From contig JAYUBF010000332.1 in assembly GCA_043741435.1 (NCBI GenBank), forward strand, positions 22,279 to 86,278: a stretch of 64,000 nucleotides of DNA. The letters are read 5' to 3'. The stretch's first letter is position 1; the number at the start of each line of letters is the position of its first letter. The position numbers were made by a program, and so were the translations under genes. The DNA is from Myxococcales bacterium (lineage in GTDB: Bacteria; Myxococcota_A; Polyangia; Palsa-1104). The notes under the pieces were generated by a model that was not told where the DNA came from, searched no databases, and worked only from the letters and a program-made list of their open reading frames with translations. Below, one piece after another: positions 10,251-22,419 of this stretch.

Positions 10251-10418
10251 TCGAATCGGTTCCCCTCGTGATTGGCACCAGCAGCCGCGGTGTTGCCGCG
10301 GAGAGCTGGGCACGCCGGCCGTACACACCGAGCCGCGAAGTGCCGACCGGTGCGCTTCGGTTCAACGCAGCCGCGTCTATACCACGGGCGCGGCTCCGGT
10401 ACACTCCCACCCGCTCAC

Positions 10419-11687
10419 ATGCCACGACCGCCTCGAACCGATAACCCGCAGCCACGGACGACAGATCCTAGACCGCGCGTGCGTCGCGCGCTCTCAGCTT
10501 CCGCGCAGGGCCTGCGCACCGACGGCGATCGTGAGGCCGCGCTCCTCCTGGCGCGCGCGTTCGCCCGAGCGCAAGAAGCAGATCCGCGTCAGCTCACGCA
10601 CGGCTTCCATAGCTACCCGGCGCGGTTCCATCCCGTGCTGGTTCGCACGCTGTTGGCGGCGCGCGCGAAGCCCGGCATGACGGTGTGCGACCCTTTCTGC
10701 GGATCGGGCACCACCCTCGTCGAAGCGTTGCTCGCGGGCTGCCGCGGGGTGGGCAGCGACCTCAACCCGCTCGCGCTCGAGCTGGCTCGCATCAAGGCGC
10801 TCGCACCGACGGATGCGCATCGTCGTTTGCCCGACGAGCTGCTCGAACGCACGAAGCAGATCGGCGAGGCGAGCTGGGCCCGGGTGAAAGCGCGGACGCG
10901 GACCAAGTCCTCGGGAGAGCAATGGGACGACCCCACGATGTATGCGCCCCACGTTTTCCGCGAGCTGGTCGGACTGCGCGAGCTCATCGATGCGCCACCC
11001 GGTGGTCCCGTCGGTGCGCTGCTGCGTCGAGCGATGCTCCTGTGCTTCTCGTCGCTCCTCATCAAAGTTTCGCGCCAGTCGTCGGAGACTGCGCCCGGTC
11101 TGCAGGAACGCACCATCGGAAAGGGCCTCGCGTCGCGGTTGTTCCAGCGCAAAGCCGAGGAGCTGGTGAAGGGCCTACGCGACCTGTGGGAGCTGGTGCC
11201 GCCGGGCGCGCCGAGCCCTCTCGTGCAAAAGGGCGATGCGCGGCGGCTCAAGCACGTGGCGGATGCCAGCGTCGACCTCATCGTGACGTCGCCGCCGTAC
11301 CTCGGTACCTACGACTATGCTGACCACCACATCCGTCGCCTCGGCTGGCTCGAGCTGAACGATACCGCGCTGCGCGACAACGAGCTGGGATCGCGCCGCA
11401 AAGCAGAGGAGCGCTCTGCGATCCCCGAGATCGCCGTTGCGATGTGGCAGACCGAGCTCGATCAAGCGGTCGCTGCAATGGCGCGCGTGCTGCGGCCGGA
11501 AGGCTACGCTTTCGTGGTGATGGGCGATAGCCACATCGGCAAGAAAGGGATTCAAGGGGACCACGCGTTGCGCATCGCCGCCGACCGCGCGGCGCTCGTG
11601 GTCCACGCGACGGCAGCCGAGCTGCGCAAGGCCAATGGGCCCGCCAGCGAGGAGCACCTCATCGAGCTGCGCCACAAGCCAGCGTAG
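10419..11687 (+). CDS. DNA (N6-adenine/N4-cytosine) methyltransferase with no adjacent restriction endonuclease gene (orphan)
   Basis: SAM-binding motif I (VCDPFCGSGTT) and catalytic motif IV (IVTSPPYLGTYDY). The start is uncertain: the frame is open from 10272, and 10419 is the first ATG before the conserved region. Confidence 0.65.
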   Translation: MPRPPRTDNPQPRTTDPRPRVRRALSASAQGLRTDGDREAALLLARAFARAQEADPRQLTHGFHSYPARFHPVLVRTLLAARAKPGMTVCDPFCGSGTTLVEALLAGCRGVGSDLNPLALELARIKALAPTDAHRRLPDELLERTKQIGEASWARVKARTRTKSSGEQWDDPTMYAPHVFRELVGLRELIDAPPGGPVGALLRRAMLLCFSSLLIKVSRQSSETAPGLQERTIGKGLASRLFQRKAEELVKGLRDLWELVPPGAPSPLVQKGDARRLKHVADASVDLIVTSPPYLGTYDYADHHIRRLGWLELNDTALRDNELGSRRKAEERSAIPEIAVAMWQTELDQAVAAMARVLRPEGYAFVVMGDSHIGKKGIQGDHALRIAADRAALVVHATAAELRKANGPASEEHLIELRHKPA

Positions 11688-11804
11688 CCAACGATCCGGA
11701 TCGCGACAGCCACGTCGCTGCCCCCTCAAAAAACTGAGTGCATCATGTCGGTGCTCGACGAGGCAGTGCTTCATGGTAGCGTCCGTCCGTTCTGGAGGTG
11801 CTGT

Positions 11805-14306
11805 ATGCTCGCTCGCATCGGGTCTCGTCTGGTTGGGCTTCGCATTGGGTTGCTCTGCCTGTTGTTCCTCTCAACTGCGAGCAGCGTGGTGCTGAGCGGT
11901 TGCGGACGATCGAGCTTCCTGTTCGGAAGCCCGCAGGATTGTCCCGACGGCAAGGTCAACGCCGACGGCACGTGCGTCCACACGGACGGCGGCACCGACG
12001 GCAGCATCGACGCCAACCCCGATGGGCCCGCGAGCTGCACGCAGTGCGCGCAACAAGGCTGCGACAAAGCCGGTTGCTGCGCGTGTGGTGTCTGCCAGGG
12101 CGCGCTGTTCTGCCAGAACCCCGACATGAAGGGCGATGGCGGTACCGACGGCTTCATGGACCCGTGCGCCAGCAAGAACGACTGCATGAAGCCCGAGTGT
12201 GTCGGCGATCCGCGCTGCCGCATACCCGGCACGGAGGTCTGTAACAACGGCATCGACGACGATGACGACGGCTTGATCGACTGCAAGGACAGCGACTGCA
12301 ATGCCTTCCCAGGCTGCTCCATCCTCGCCTGCCCCGCGCCACCGAACTGCGCGCTGCCGGTCTGTGTCGACAAGCCCGAGTGCAAGGACCTGCGCTGTAT
12401 GCCCACGGTCGACTTCGGCACGCTGCAAGGCATGGGCTCGACGGTCACCAAAACGGTCAGCACCACCGGCACCGTCGACGTCGTCACGACGCCGTGCGCA
12501 CCGGGTGGCGGTGGCATGATCGTCGGCCGCGTGACGCTCGCGGCCACCACCGACGTGTCGCTGTCCTACACCCAGGCGAAGGGCGAAGACCACGTGTTCG
12601 GCTTGTTCCGGGCGGGCGTGAACCAACCGTGCGCCGCCAATCCCATCGAGTGCTACGACCCGAAGGGCGCGCAAAGTGGTGTGCATCCGTACCCAGGTCT
12701 AGCAGCGGGCGACTACTACATCATCGCGCAGGCATTCGCGCCGGCCGGGCAAGGCTCCGTGAGCATCACACTGTCCACGCCGAGCATGCCCGAGATCTGC
12801 AACAACGGCGTCGACGACAATGGCAACGGTCTCATCGATTGCCAAGAAGCCAGCTGCGCGACCGCGGCCAACTGCATCAACTCGCAGTGCTCCGTGGACA
12901 TCAACCTCGGCGCGCTGGTGGTGAATGGCCCCGGCAAGACGGCGAGCTTCGATACGAACGGTGCCGATTCCAACAACAACCTCAGCTGCCAAGCAACGGC
13001 CGGTGGCAAGGACGTCGTCGTACGCTTCACGCTACAACAGACCGCGGGCCTCCTCGTGGAGTGGAGCCAGAGCGGCGATCACGTGCTCGAGCTCGTGCGC
13101 CTGCCCGATCCGGGCTCGCCGTGTGACGTCAACCCACTCTCCTGCTACGACCCGTCGGGGCGCACCAACGACAACGTCGCTTTCGGCGAGCAACCTCCGG
13201 GTGAGTACGCGTTCATCTGGAAGGCGCTCAAGCCCGGGCAAGAAGGCATGGTCACCGCCAACATCAGCGCGTTCGTGAATCGCCAGCAGGAGCTCTGCCA
13301 CAACGGCATCGACGACGACGGCAACGGCCTCATCGATTGCCAAGATCCAGCGTGCGTCGGGGTGGAAGGCTGCTCGGCACCGTACTGCCAACCGAACGTG
13401 AACCTGGGCACGCTCAACGTGGGCGACTTCAAGCAGGCCTCGTTGAACGTGAAGCAAAACGGCCAGGCCGGTTACGTCGCGAGCTGCTCGCGCGGCGGCG
13501 CCAAGGGCATGGTGGTGCAACTCACCATCGGTGGCACCAGCGGTGTGGCCATCGGGTTCGACTGTACGGAGACCGGTGACCACGTGCTGGCGCTCTATCA
13601 GGCCGGAGGGCCGCGCGACAAATGCGACCTCAGCGAGCTGGTGTGCGCCGACCCGAAGGTGCTGCCGTTCGGCTGCGGCTACGCGATTCCGAACCTCGAT
13701 CCCGGCACCTACAACGTCGTCGTTGCGGGGTATCAGCCGGGCTCGGAGGGCACGGTCGACCTGACGTTGTCGATCAGCGACGATCGCGTGCTCGAGATCT
13801 GCAACAACGGCATCGACGACGACGGCAACGGCAAGACCGACTGCGCCGATCGCAAGTGCGCCACCAACCCGAGCTGCGCGGCAACGCAATGCCGTGCCGA
13901 CGACCTCATCAACCCCGTCCCACTCACCGGCGCCAACACGTTCCGCTTGGTGCAAACGGCCAACAACGGCGTGCAGGCAAACGTGCCCTGCGCGACGACG
14001 CCGGGGGGACAGACCTCGGTCATCGAGCTCACGCTCACCGCTAAGGCCGACCTGACGTTGCAGTGGAACCAGATCGGCAACCACGACTTCTCCATCTACA
14101 CGAAGGACGGCACCCAGCTGCCGTGCGATGCAGGCACCAATCTCGTCTGCAAGAAGTCGAACGGCACCGCCTCGGGCTCCGTCAGCTTTGCGGGCGTGCC
14201 GCAAGGCACGGTCTACCTCGTCATCGCGGGCGATGCGCCCGACGTGGTCGGCAACCAGTCATCGGGCTCGGTCTCGATCGCGCTCTCGGGAACGCCCTCG
14301 CTGTAG
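11805..14306 (+). CDS. large lipoprotein with four tandem repeats of about 170 aa, each a MopE-like Cys/Asp metal-binding motif (CNNGIDDDGNGLIDCxDxxC) followed by a PPC-like beta domain
   Basis: Signal peptide with lipobox VLSGC. The motifs are E-V-CNNGIDDDDDGLIDCKDSDC, EICNNGVDDNGNGLIDCQEASC, ELCHNGIDDDGNGLIDCQDPAC and EICNNGIDDDGNGKTDCADRKC, each followed by a related beta-rich module ending in a ...G.Y..I..A..PG.EG.V.L.LS pattern. Confidence 0.7.
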   Translation: MLARIGSRLVGLRIGLLCLLFLSTASSVVLSGCGRSSFLFGSPQDCPDGKVNADGTCVHTDGGTDGSIDANPDGPASCTQCAQQGCDKAGCCACGVCQGALFCQNPDMKGDGGTDGFMDPCASKNDCMKPECVGDPRCRIPGTEVCNNGIDDDDDGLIDCKDSDCNAFPGCSILACPAPPNCALPVCVDKPECKDLRCMPTVDFGTLQGMGSTVTKTVSTTGTVDVVTTPCAPGGGGMIVGRVTLAATTDVSLSYTQAKGEDHVFGLFRAGVNQPCAANPIECYDPKGAQSGVHPYPGLAAGDYYIIAQAFAPAGQGSVSITLSTPSMPEICNNGVDDNGNGLIDCQEASCATAANCINSQCSVDINLGALVVNGPGKTASFDTNGADSNNNLSCQATAGGKDVVVRFTLQQTAGLLVEWSQSGDHVLELVRLPDPGSPCDVNPLSCYDPSGRTNDNVAFGEQPPGEYAFIWKALKPGQEGMVTANISAFVNRQQELCHNGIDDDGNGLIDCQDPACVGVEGCSAPYCQPNVNLGTLNVGDFKQASLNVKQNGQAGYVASCSRGGAKGMVVQLTIGGTSGVAIGFDCTETGDHVLALYQAGGPRDKCDLSELVCADPKVLPFGCGYAIPNLDPGTYNVVVAGYQPGSEGTVDLTLSISDDRVLEICNNGIDDDGNGKTDCADRKCATNPSCAATQCRADDLINPVPLTGANTFRLVQTANNGVQANVPCATTPGGQTSVIELTLTAKADLTLQWNQIGNHDFSIYTKDGTQLPCDAGTNLVCKKSNGTASGSVSFAGVPQGTVYLVIAGDAPDVVGNQSSGSVSIALSGTPSL

Positions 14307-14352
14307 CTTCACGACAGCAGCATGTGTTTCCCGGGTGCTGGTAGCCACGCCA

Positions 14353-14380
14353 TTGACGACAATGTAGGCGTGCTTACCCT
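14353..14380 (+). promoter_or_regulatory. candidate sigma-70-like promoter (TTGACG, 16 nt spacer, TACCCT) ending 6 nt upstream of the clpB ATG; possible leaderless clpB transcript
   Basis: ccaTTGACGacaatgtaggcgtgctTACCCTgcgcagATG. There is no Shine-Dalgarno sequence between the -10 element and the ATG. Confidence 0.25.
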
Positions 14381-14386
14381 GCGCAG

Positions 14387-17011
14387 ATGCGACTCGACAA
14401 ACTGACAGTGAAGACACGCGAAGCGCTCAGCCATGCGCAATCGCTCGCGCAGGAGAAGGGGCAACCGGAGCTCCTGCCCGAGCACGTGCTCGCGTCGCTG
14501 CTGGCGCAAGAGGACGGCGTGATTCCAGCGCTCGTCAGCAAGACGGGCATCGATACCTCGGCGTTGGCAGTGCGCGTCACCCAAGAGATCGATCGCCTGC
14601 CGCGTCAACAGGGCTCGCTCGAGGTGGGGCTGGGTCGCAGGGCAAAAGAGCTCATCGAGTCCGCCGAGCGCGAGGCGAAGAAGTTCAAGGACGAGTTCAC
14701 GTCCACCGAGCACTTGCTGCTCGCGATGGTCGCGGCCGATCATGGCGCCGCCACGCGCCTCCTCAAAGAGGCCGGCCTCACGCACGACACGCTGATGGCG
14801 GCGCTCGGCGAGGTCCGTGGATCGCAGCGGGTCACCGACGAAAATCCCGAGGGGAAGTACCAGGCACTCGAGAAATACACCCGCGACCTCACGGCCCAAG
14901 CCCGGAAGGGCAAGCTCGATCCGGTCATCGGCCGCGACGAGGAGATTCGTCGATCGATCCAGGTGCTGTCACGCCGCACCAAGAACAACCCCGTTCTCAT
15001 CGGTGAGCCCGGCGTCGGCAAGACCGCGATCGCCGAGGGCATCGCGCAGCGCATCATCGCAGGGGATGTGCCCGAGGGCCTGAAGGACAAGCGCGTCTTG
15101 TCACTCGATCTCGGCGCGCTCGTCGCCGGCACCAAGTATCGCGGCGAGTTCGAAGATCGCTTGAAGGCCATCTTGAAAGAGATCGAGTCGGCCGCCGGCA
15201 AGGTCATCCTGTTCATAGACGAGATCCACACCATCGTCGGCGCAGGTGCAGCCGAAGGCGCGCAGGACGCCGCCAACTTGCTGAAGCCCGCCCTGGCGCG
15301 TGGCGAGCTGCGCTGCGTTGGTGCCACCACGCTGACCGAGTATCGCAAGCACGTCGAGAAGGACAAAGCGCTCGAGCGTCGCTTCCAACCCGTGTTCGTC
15401 GGCGAGCCTTCGCTCGAAGATACCGTCGCGATCTTGCGGGGACTGAAGGAGAAGTACGAGGTGCACCACGGCATCCAGATCCGCGATGGCGCGCTCGTCG
15501 CTGCCGCGCGGTTGTCCGACCGCTACATTCAAAATCGCTTCCTTCCCGACAAGGCCATCGACTTGGTCGACGAAGCGGCGTCACGACTGAAGATGGAAAT
15601 CGACTCGCTGCCCACGCCCATCGATCAGATCCAGCGCCGCATGGTGTCTCTCGAGATCGAGAAGCAAGCGCTCTCCAAAGAGAAAGACGAGCCGTCAAAG
15701 AAGCGTCGCAAAGACGTCGAGCGCGAGATCGCCGAGCTCACCGAGAAGGTCGATGGGATGAAGGCGCGCTGGCAGCGCGAGAAGTCGCTCATCGCGGCCG
15801 TGAGCCAGACCAACGAAGCCATCGATCAAGCGAAGACCGACAGCGAGCTCGCCCAACGCCGCGGCGAGCTGAACGTGGCCGCCGAGCTGCGCTACGGCAA
15901 GCTGCCCGAGCTCGAGCGCAAGCTGAAGGACGCGACCACCGCGCTCGAGGCGGATCGCAAAGACGGCGTCTCCTTTTTGCGCCAAGAGGTCACCGAAGAG
16001 GACATCGCCGCGGTGGTCGCAAAGTGGACCGGCATCCCCGTCGAGAAGATGCTCGAGGGCGAGGTCGCTCGCCTCACGCAGATGGAAGACCGTCTGCACA
16101 CCCGCGTGGTGGGTCAGGAGAAGGCAGTCGCAGCGGTCGCGAACGCCGTACGTCGATCGCGCGCGGGCCTCCAGGATCCGAATCGTCCCATCGGCTCGTT
16201 CATCTTTCTCGGGCCGACGGGCGTCGGAAAGACGGAGCTCGCCCGTGCGCTGGCGGAGTTCTTGTTCGACGACGACACGCACATGGTCCGCATCGACATG
16301 GGCGAGTACATGGAGAAGCACGCGGTGTCGCGCCTCATCGGTGCACCACCGGGCTACATCGGTCACGACGAGGGCGGTCAGCTCACCGAGGCCGTCCGTC
16401 GTCGGCCGTACTCCGTCGTGCTGTTCGACGAGATCGAAAAGGCCCACCCCGACGTCTGGAACACGCTGTTGCAGGTGCTCGACGACGGGCGCCTCACCGA
16501 CGGGCAAGGCCGCACGGTGGACTTCAAGAACACGGTGGTCATCATGACCTCGAACGTGGGCTCGCAGTTCATCCGCGACGTCGACAACGTGGACGATCCG
16601 GAAGTGAAGACCCAGATCGACGGTGCGCTGCGTGCCGCCTTCAAGCCGGAGTTCTTGAACCGGATCGACGACATCATCGTGTTCCACAAGCTCGGCCAGA
16701 AGGAGCTGCGCGTGGTGGTCGAGATCCAGCTGCAGCGGTTGCAGAAGCTCGTTGCCGAACGCGGCTTCCAGCTGGAGCTCAAGCCGGCCGCCCTCGATTT
16801 CCTGGTGCAGCAAGGCTACGACGCCGCGTACGGTGCGCGGCCTCTCAAGCGCGCCATCCAGCGCTGGGTGCAGGACCCACTGGCGACACGGATCATCGCG
16901 GGCGACTACAAACCGGGCGACCACATCTTCGCGCAGGTCAAGGCCGACGGCAGCGGCCTGGAGTTCGGCACCGTCATGCAGGGCCAGGCTAAGCTAAGCT
17001 CAGTCTCGTAA
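14387..17011 (+). CDS. clpB: ATP-dependent chaperone ClpB (two AAA+ modules with a middle coiled-coil domain)
   Basis: Clp N-domain, NBD1 Walker A (GEPGVGKT), long M-domain coiled coil, NBD2 Walker A (GPTGVGKT) and the sensor/GAR motifs. Colinear with ClpB. Confidence 0.95.
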   Translation: MRLDKLTVKTREALSHAQSLAQEKGQPELLPEHVLASLLAQEDGVIPALVSKTGIDTSALAVRVTQEIDRLPRQQGSLEVGLGRRAKELIESAEREAKKFKDEFTSTEHLLLAMVAADHGAATRLLKEAGLTHDTLMAALGEVRGSQRVTDENPEGKYQALEKYTRDLTAQARKGKLDPVIGRDEEIRRSIQVLSRRTKNNPVLIGEPGVGKTAIAEGIAQRIIAGDVPEGLKDKRVLSLDLGALVAGTKYRGEFEDRLKAILKEIESAAGKVILFIDEIHTIVGAGAAEGAQDAANLLKPALARGELRCVGATTLTEYRKHVEKDKALERRFQPVFVGEPSLEDTVAILRGLKEKYEVHHGIQIRDGALVAAARLSDRYIQNRFLPDKAIDLVDEAASRLKMEIDSLPTPIDQIQRRMVSLEIEKQALSKEKDEPSKKRRKDVEREIAELTEKVDGMKARWQREKSLIAAVSQTNEAIDQAKTDSELAQRRGELNVAAELRYGKLPELERKLKDATTALEADRKDGVSFLRQEVTEEDIAAVVAKWTGIPVEKMLEGEVARLTQMEDRLHTRVVGQEKAVAAVANAVRRSRAGLQDPNRPIGSFIFLGPTGVGKTELARALAEFLFDDDTHMVRIDMGEYMEKHAVSRLIGAPPGYIGHDEGGQLTEAVRRRPYSVVLFDEIEKAHPDVWNTLLQVLDDGRLTDGQGRTVDFKNTVVIMTSNVGSQFIRDVDNVDDPEVKTQIDGALRAAFKPEFLNRIDDIIVFHKLGQKELRVVVEIQLQRLQKLVAERGFQLELKPAALDFLVQQGYDAAYGARPLKRAIQRWVQDPLATRIIAGDYKPGDHIFAQVKADGSGLEFGTVMQGQAKLSSVS

Positions 17012-17029
17012 AGGACTGCTCATACCCAC

Positions 17030-18049
17030 ATGGCTGCGATCAAGAATCACTACTCGACCATCGGTGTCGCCGAGACCGCGAACCCTGACGAGATCAAGAA
17101 GGCGTATCGCAAGCTCGCGAAGAAGTATCACCCCGACGCGACGGGCGGGGACAAGGCCAAGGAAATCAAGTTCAAGGAGATCTCCGAGGCGTACGAGGTC
17201 CTCTCCGACGCCAAGAAGCGCACCGAGTACGACACCACGCGCCGCAACCCGTTCGCGGGCGGTGGTCGTGCCAGCTATGGTGGCGGTGGCGCACCCAACG
17301 TCGACATGAGCGGCATCGATCTCGACGAGCTCTTCGCGCAGTTCGGTGGCGCGCCTCGTCGCGGTGCCGGTCGCACCGCGCGACCTGATAGTGGCGGAAG
17401 CGGCGGTGGCGTCGGCGACATCTTCGGCAACATGTTTGGCGGCCAGCAAGCGCGCGGCGGTGCGGGAGCAGAGCGCGGTCCGCAGAAGGGAGCGGACATC
17501 CAGGCTCGCCTCGAGGTCGACCTCCCCGACGCGGCGCTCGGCAGCGAGAAGACCATCTCCGTCGACGGTCACCGCTCGCTGAAGGTGAAGATCCCCGCCG
17601 GCATCACCTCGGGCAAGAGCATCCGCCTCGGTGGGCAAGGTCAGTCCAACCCTCGCGGTGGCCCGCCCGGCGATCTGATCGTGGAGATCACCGAGCGTCC
17701 GCATCCACGCTTTCGTCGTCGCGCCGATGCCGCGCAGGACATCGAGGTCGACGTGCCGGTCCCGCTCGACGTGGCGCTGCTCGGGGGCAAGGCCGACGTG
17801 CCCACGCTCGAAGGCACCACGTTGTCGCTCACCGTGCCGCCCAACACGTCGAGCGGCAAGAAGCTGCGCCTCCGCGGCAAGGGTGCGGTCATCGCCGGCG
17901 GCGCCAAAGCCGCGACCGGCGCAGGCGACGGCAAGAGCAACCGTGGCGATCTCTACGCCAACGTCGCCATCGAGCTGCCCACGATCCTCACGCCCGAGGC
18001 CCAAGAGGCCCTCGAACGCTTCGCTCAGCTGTTGCGACCGAAGGCCTAG
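17030..18049 (+). CDS. DnaJ-domain co-chaperone (CbpA-like; J domain, G/F-rich linker and C-terminal substrate-binding domains, no Zn-finger)
   Basis: J domain with HPD ([16 protein letters not shown]). Gly/Phe-rich linker ([14 protein letters not shown]). The C-terminal DnaJ-C-like beta domains have no CxxCxGxG repeats. Confidence 0.85.
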   Translation: MAAIKNHYSTIGVAETANPDEIKKAYRKLAKKYHPDATGGDKAKEIKFKEISEAYEVLSDAKKRTEYDTTRRNPFAGGGRASYGGGGAPNVDMSGIDLDELFAQFGGAPRRGAGRTARPDSGGSGGGVGDIFGNMFGGQQARGGAGAERGPQKGADIQARLEVDLPDAALGSEKTISVDGHRSLKVKIPAGITSGKSIRLGGQGQSNPRGGPPGDLIVEITERPHPRFRRRADAAQDIEVDVPVPLDVALLGGKADVPTLEGTTLSLTVPPNTSSGKKLRLRGKGAVIAGGAKAATGAGDGKSNRGDLYANVAIELPTILTPEAQEALERFAQLLRPKA

Positions 18050-18105
18050 TTTCACACCCAAGCGATGCGATTGCATCTAGCTCGCCGTCGTCTTACGTTC
18101 GCATC

Positions 18106-20493
<2,388 letters not shown>

Positions 20494-20606
20494 CGCGCGC
20501 GGAGCTTGGCGTCCTCGACGAGCAGCGATACGCCCTAAACGTCGGCCGCCAGCTGCACCTCGTGGGTGCTGGCGCATGGGCCGTCGGGGCGTGCCCGTAA
20601 AAGTGG

Positions 20607-21116
20607 ATGCCCGGGAGGCCTGTGGCGTCTTATGCTGCAGCGATGCCCGCCGCCCCACCTGCGTCGCCCTGGACCCGCAGCATCTCCGCCGTGCGTGAGT
20701 CCCTGCTGAGTCTCCACAAGGGCCTCATCGATCTCGCGCGCGACAACCGACAAGCGCAGGTGGGGCGACCGATTCCACCGGGTGAGCTGCTCCAGCTCCT
20801 CACGTCCGACGCGACGTTCGATTGGCTGCATCCCTTCTCGCAGCTCATCGTGGCGCTCGACGAGCTCCTCGAGCGCGAAGCGCCGCCGACGGAGCGCGAC
20901 GCGGCTGCCGTGCGTCTCGAGGCGGAGTGCATCGTGGACCGCGGCGGGCAGACGTTTCACGATGCCGTCGCGCAATCACCCATCGTCGAGGCCGAGCGCG
21001 AGCGACTGTACACCGCGATGAAGGAGCTGCCCGGAGCCGAGCCGGCGGAGCACGAAGCGCTGCTCTCTCAACGTGGCACCTGGGTGGCGCGCCGGCGACG
21101 TCCCAACAGCAACTGA
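20607..21116 (+). CDS. hypothetical protein
   Basis: ORF with GC-typical codon usage and no recognisable motif. Start is uncertain. Confidence 0.4.
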   Translation: MPGRPVASYAAAMPAAPPASPWTRSISAVRESLLSLHKGLIDLARDNRQAQVGRPIPPGELLQLLTSDATFDWLHPFSQLIVALDELLEREAPPTERDAAAVRLEAECIVDRGGQTFHDAVAQSPIVEAERERLYTAMKELPGAEPAEHEALLSQRGTWVARRRRPNSN

Positions 21117-21133
21117 CCGAAGCATCGCGCGCT

Positions 21134-21172
21134 GGCGCTACTCCCAGTTGCGCCAGGCTACTCCCAGTTGCG
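21134..21172 (+). repeat. tandem duplication of about 19 bp (GGC(G)CTACTCCCAGTTGCG x2) spanning the stop codon of the PEGA-protein gene
   Basis: ctactcccagttgcg occurs at 21139-21153 and again at 21158-21172. The second copy encodes the C-terminal NWE plus the stop. Confidence 0.6.
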
Positions 21173-22231
21173 GTGGATCTCCTCGTTCGAGCTCGCGCGA
21201 ACCTCGACGGTGACCTTCTCCCTTTTGTGGAGACCGTCGTTCACGAGCTCGACAGAGTGCAGTCCCGCGGTGAGGCTGTGGCCCGACACCGGGGTTTGCC
21301 GAATCTTCGCACCATCGATGTAGACGATGGCCCATGGCCGCACGTGCACCGACAAGGTACCGGTGCCCCCCATGACGGGCGCGATGGTGTCGTTGTTATT
21401 CGGCGGCTTCTCGCGCTTGCTGACGGGCTCTTTCTTTCGCACGGGTCGGTCGTTGTCGCGCTTCGTTGGGATCGGCGTCGGCGCCAACATGTCTTCGTTG
21501 TCCGGGTCCTTCGTCGGTGTCGGCGTCGCGGTCGGCGCATCCCGTCGATCGAGCTTCACGCGGAACGGTCGCTCTCCCTCGCCGACGAAGACCTCGGCGT
21601 CCCGATCGAGGTAGCCATCGAGCCTGAAGCCCACGTGCAAGGTCGCGCCGATTTCGCCTTCGATCACCATCGGTGTCGCGTGCGGATGAACCTTGCCTTC
21701 GATGAGGACCGTCGCGCCTTCGGGCTCGCTCGAGATGTTGAGCTTGCCTCGCGTGACGGGCGTTGGATGCGCGCCCTGGATGAAGCCCGCGGTCAGAAGC
21801 GTGGCGAAACCCACCACGGCTGCGATCAGCGGACCGACGACCCAGCGCGCGACCGCACGTTGCTGACGCGGCGGTCCCGGGCGAGGCGAAGGCGCCGCCG
21901 TGGCTGGGATGCCCATACCCGGGCTCTGGTAGGCGGCCGGCACTGGCTTCTGCGGCGTCAACACCGTTGGCATCGACGGCCGGTTGCGCGTCTGCGCCTC
22001 TTGGAGAGCGGACGGATCGAACGTCATGGTTCGGTCGTGCGGCGCGGAGGTCGGAACCGGCGCGTGCGGCAAGGCCGCCGTACGTCGGTCGGGGCCCGCA
22101 CCACCCCCGGAACCCGGAACTGGGTTCGCGAGCAGCGTTTCGGCCAAATCCGCTGATCGGTCCGCTGACGGCTTCTTGGGGCTACTCATTTGCGCTGGCC
22201 GGTGAAACGAGGACCGGGCACCGACGAACAA
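21158..22231 (-). CDS. PEGA-domain membrane protein with Pro-rich segments
   Basis: Single TM helix (WVVGPLIAAVVGFATLLTAGFI) followed by a PEGA motif (ISSEPEGATVLIEGK), and a C-terminal beta-rich domain (LSVHVRPWAIVYIDGAKI). Start is uncertain; an alternative is the ATG near 22189. Confidence 0.6.
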   Translation of the reverse strand: MFVGARSSFHRPAQMSSPKKPSADRSADLAETLLANPVPGSGGGAGPDRRTAALPHAPVPTSAPHDRTMTFDPSALQEAQTRNRPSMPTVLTPQKPVPAAYQSPGMGIPATAAPSPRPGPPRQQRAVARWVVGPLIAAVVGFATLLTAGFIQGAHPTPVTRGKLNISSEPEGATVLIEGKVHPHATPMVIEGEIGATLHVGFRLDGYLDRDAEVFVGEGERPFRVKLDRRDAPTATPTPTKDPDNEDMLAPTPIPTKRDNDRPVRKKEPVSKREKPPNNNDTIAPVMGGTGTLSVHVRPWAIVYIDGAKIRQTPVSGHSLTAGLHSVELVNDGLHKREKVTVEVRASSNEEIHRNWE

Positions 22232-22419
22232 CCATACCCCGCTTCCTTGACGAGCGCCAGGCAGCGGCGGATACTTACCAGCTGATATCGCAGCTAAAAA
22301 GGCGATAAAACTTCGATGAAACTCCGACCGAGCGGCGGTCTGCGGACGAACAGAACGTCACCGATTCCGCCCGGTTGCCTCGTTGTTGTCGATGTCACAC
22401 TGGGGAGCGGTCGTCGAAC

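Noticed and set aside
9304-10680. Long plus-strand ORFs (458 and 363 aa) antisense to the recQ N-terminal tail, encoding Pro/Arg/Ala-rich low-complexity peptides.
   Set aside because: Mirror-frame artefacts of the GC-rich repetitive KAAP-coding DNA. They have no start context and overlap a well-supported gene.
21063-21078. A TGGCAC-N5-TGGCG sigma-54-like -24/-12 element; similar weak TGGCAC matches appear near 49180-49200 upstream of flgB.
   Set aside because: The -12 element does not match TTGC(A/T). The first faces no downstream gene on its strand, and the flgB-proximal ones have wrong spacing. I do not consider them credible without TSS data.
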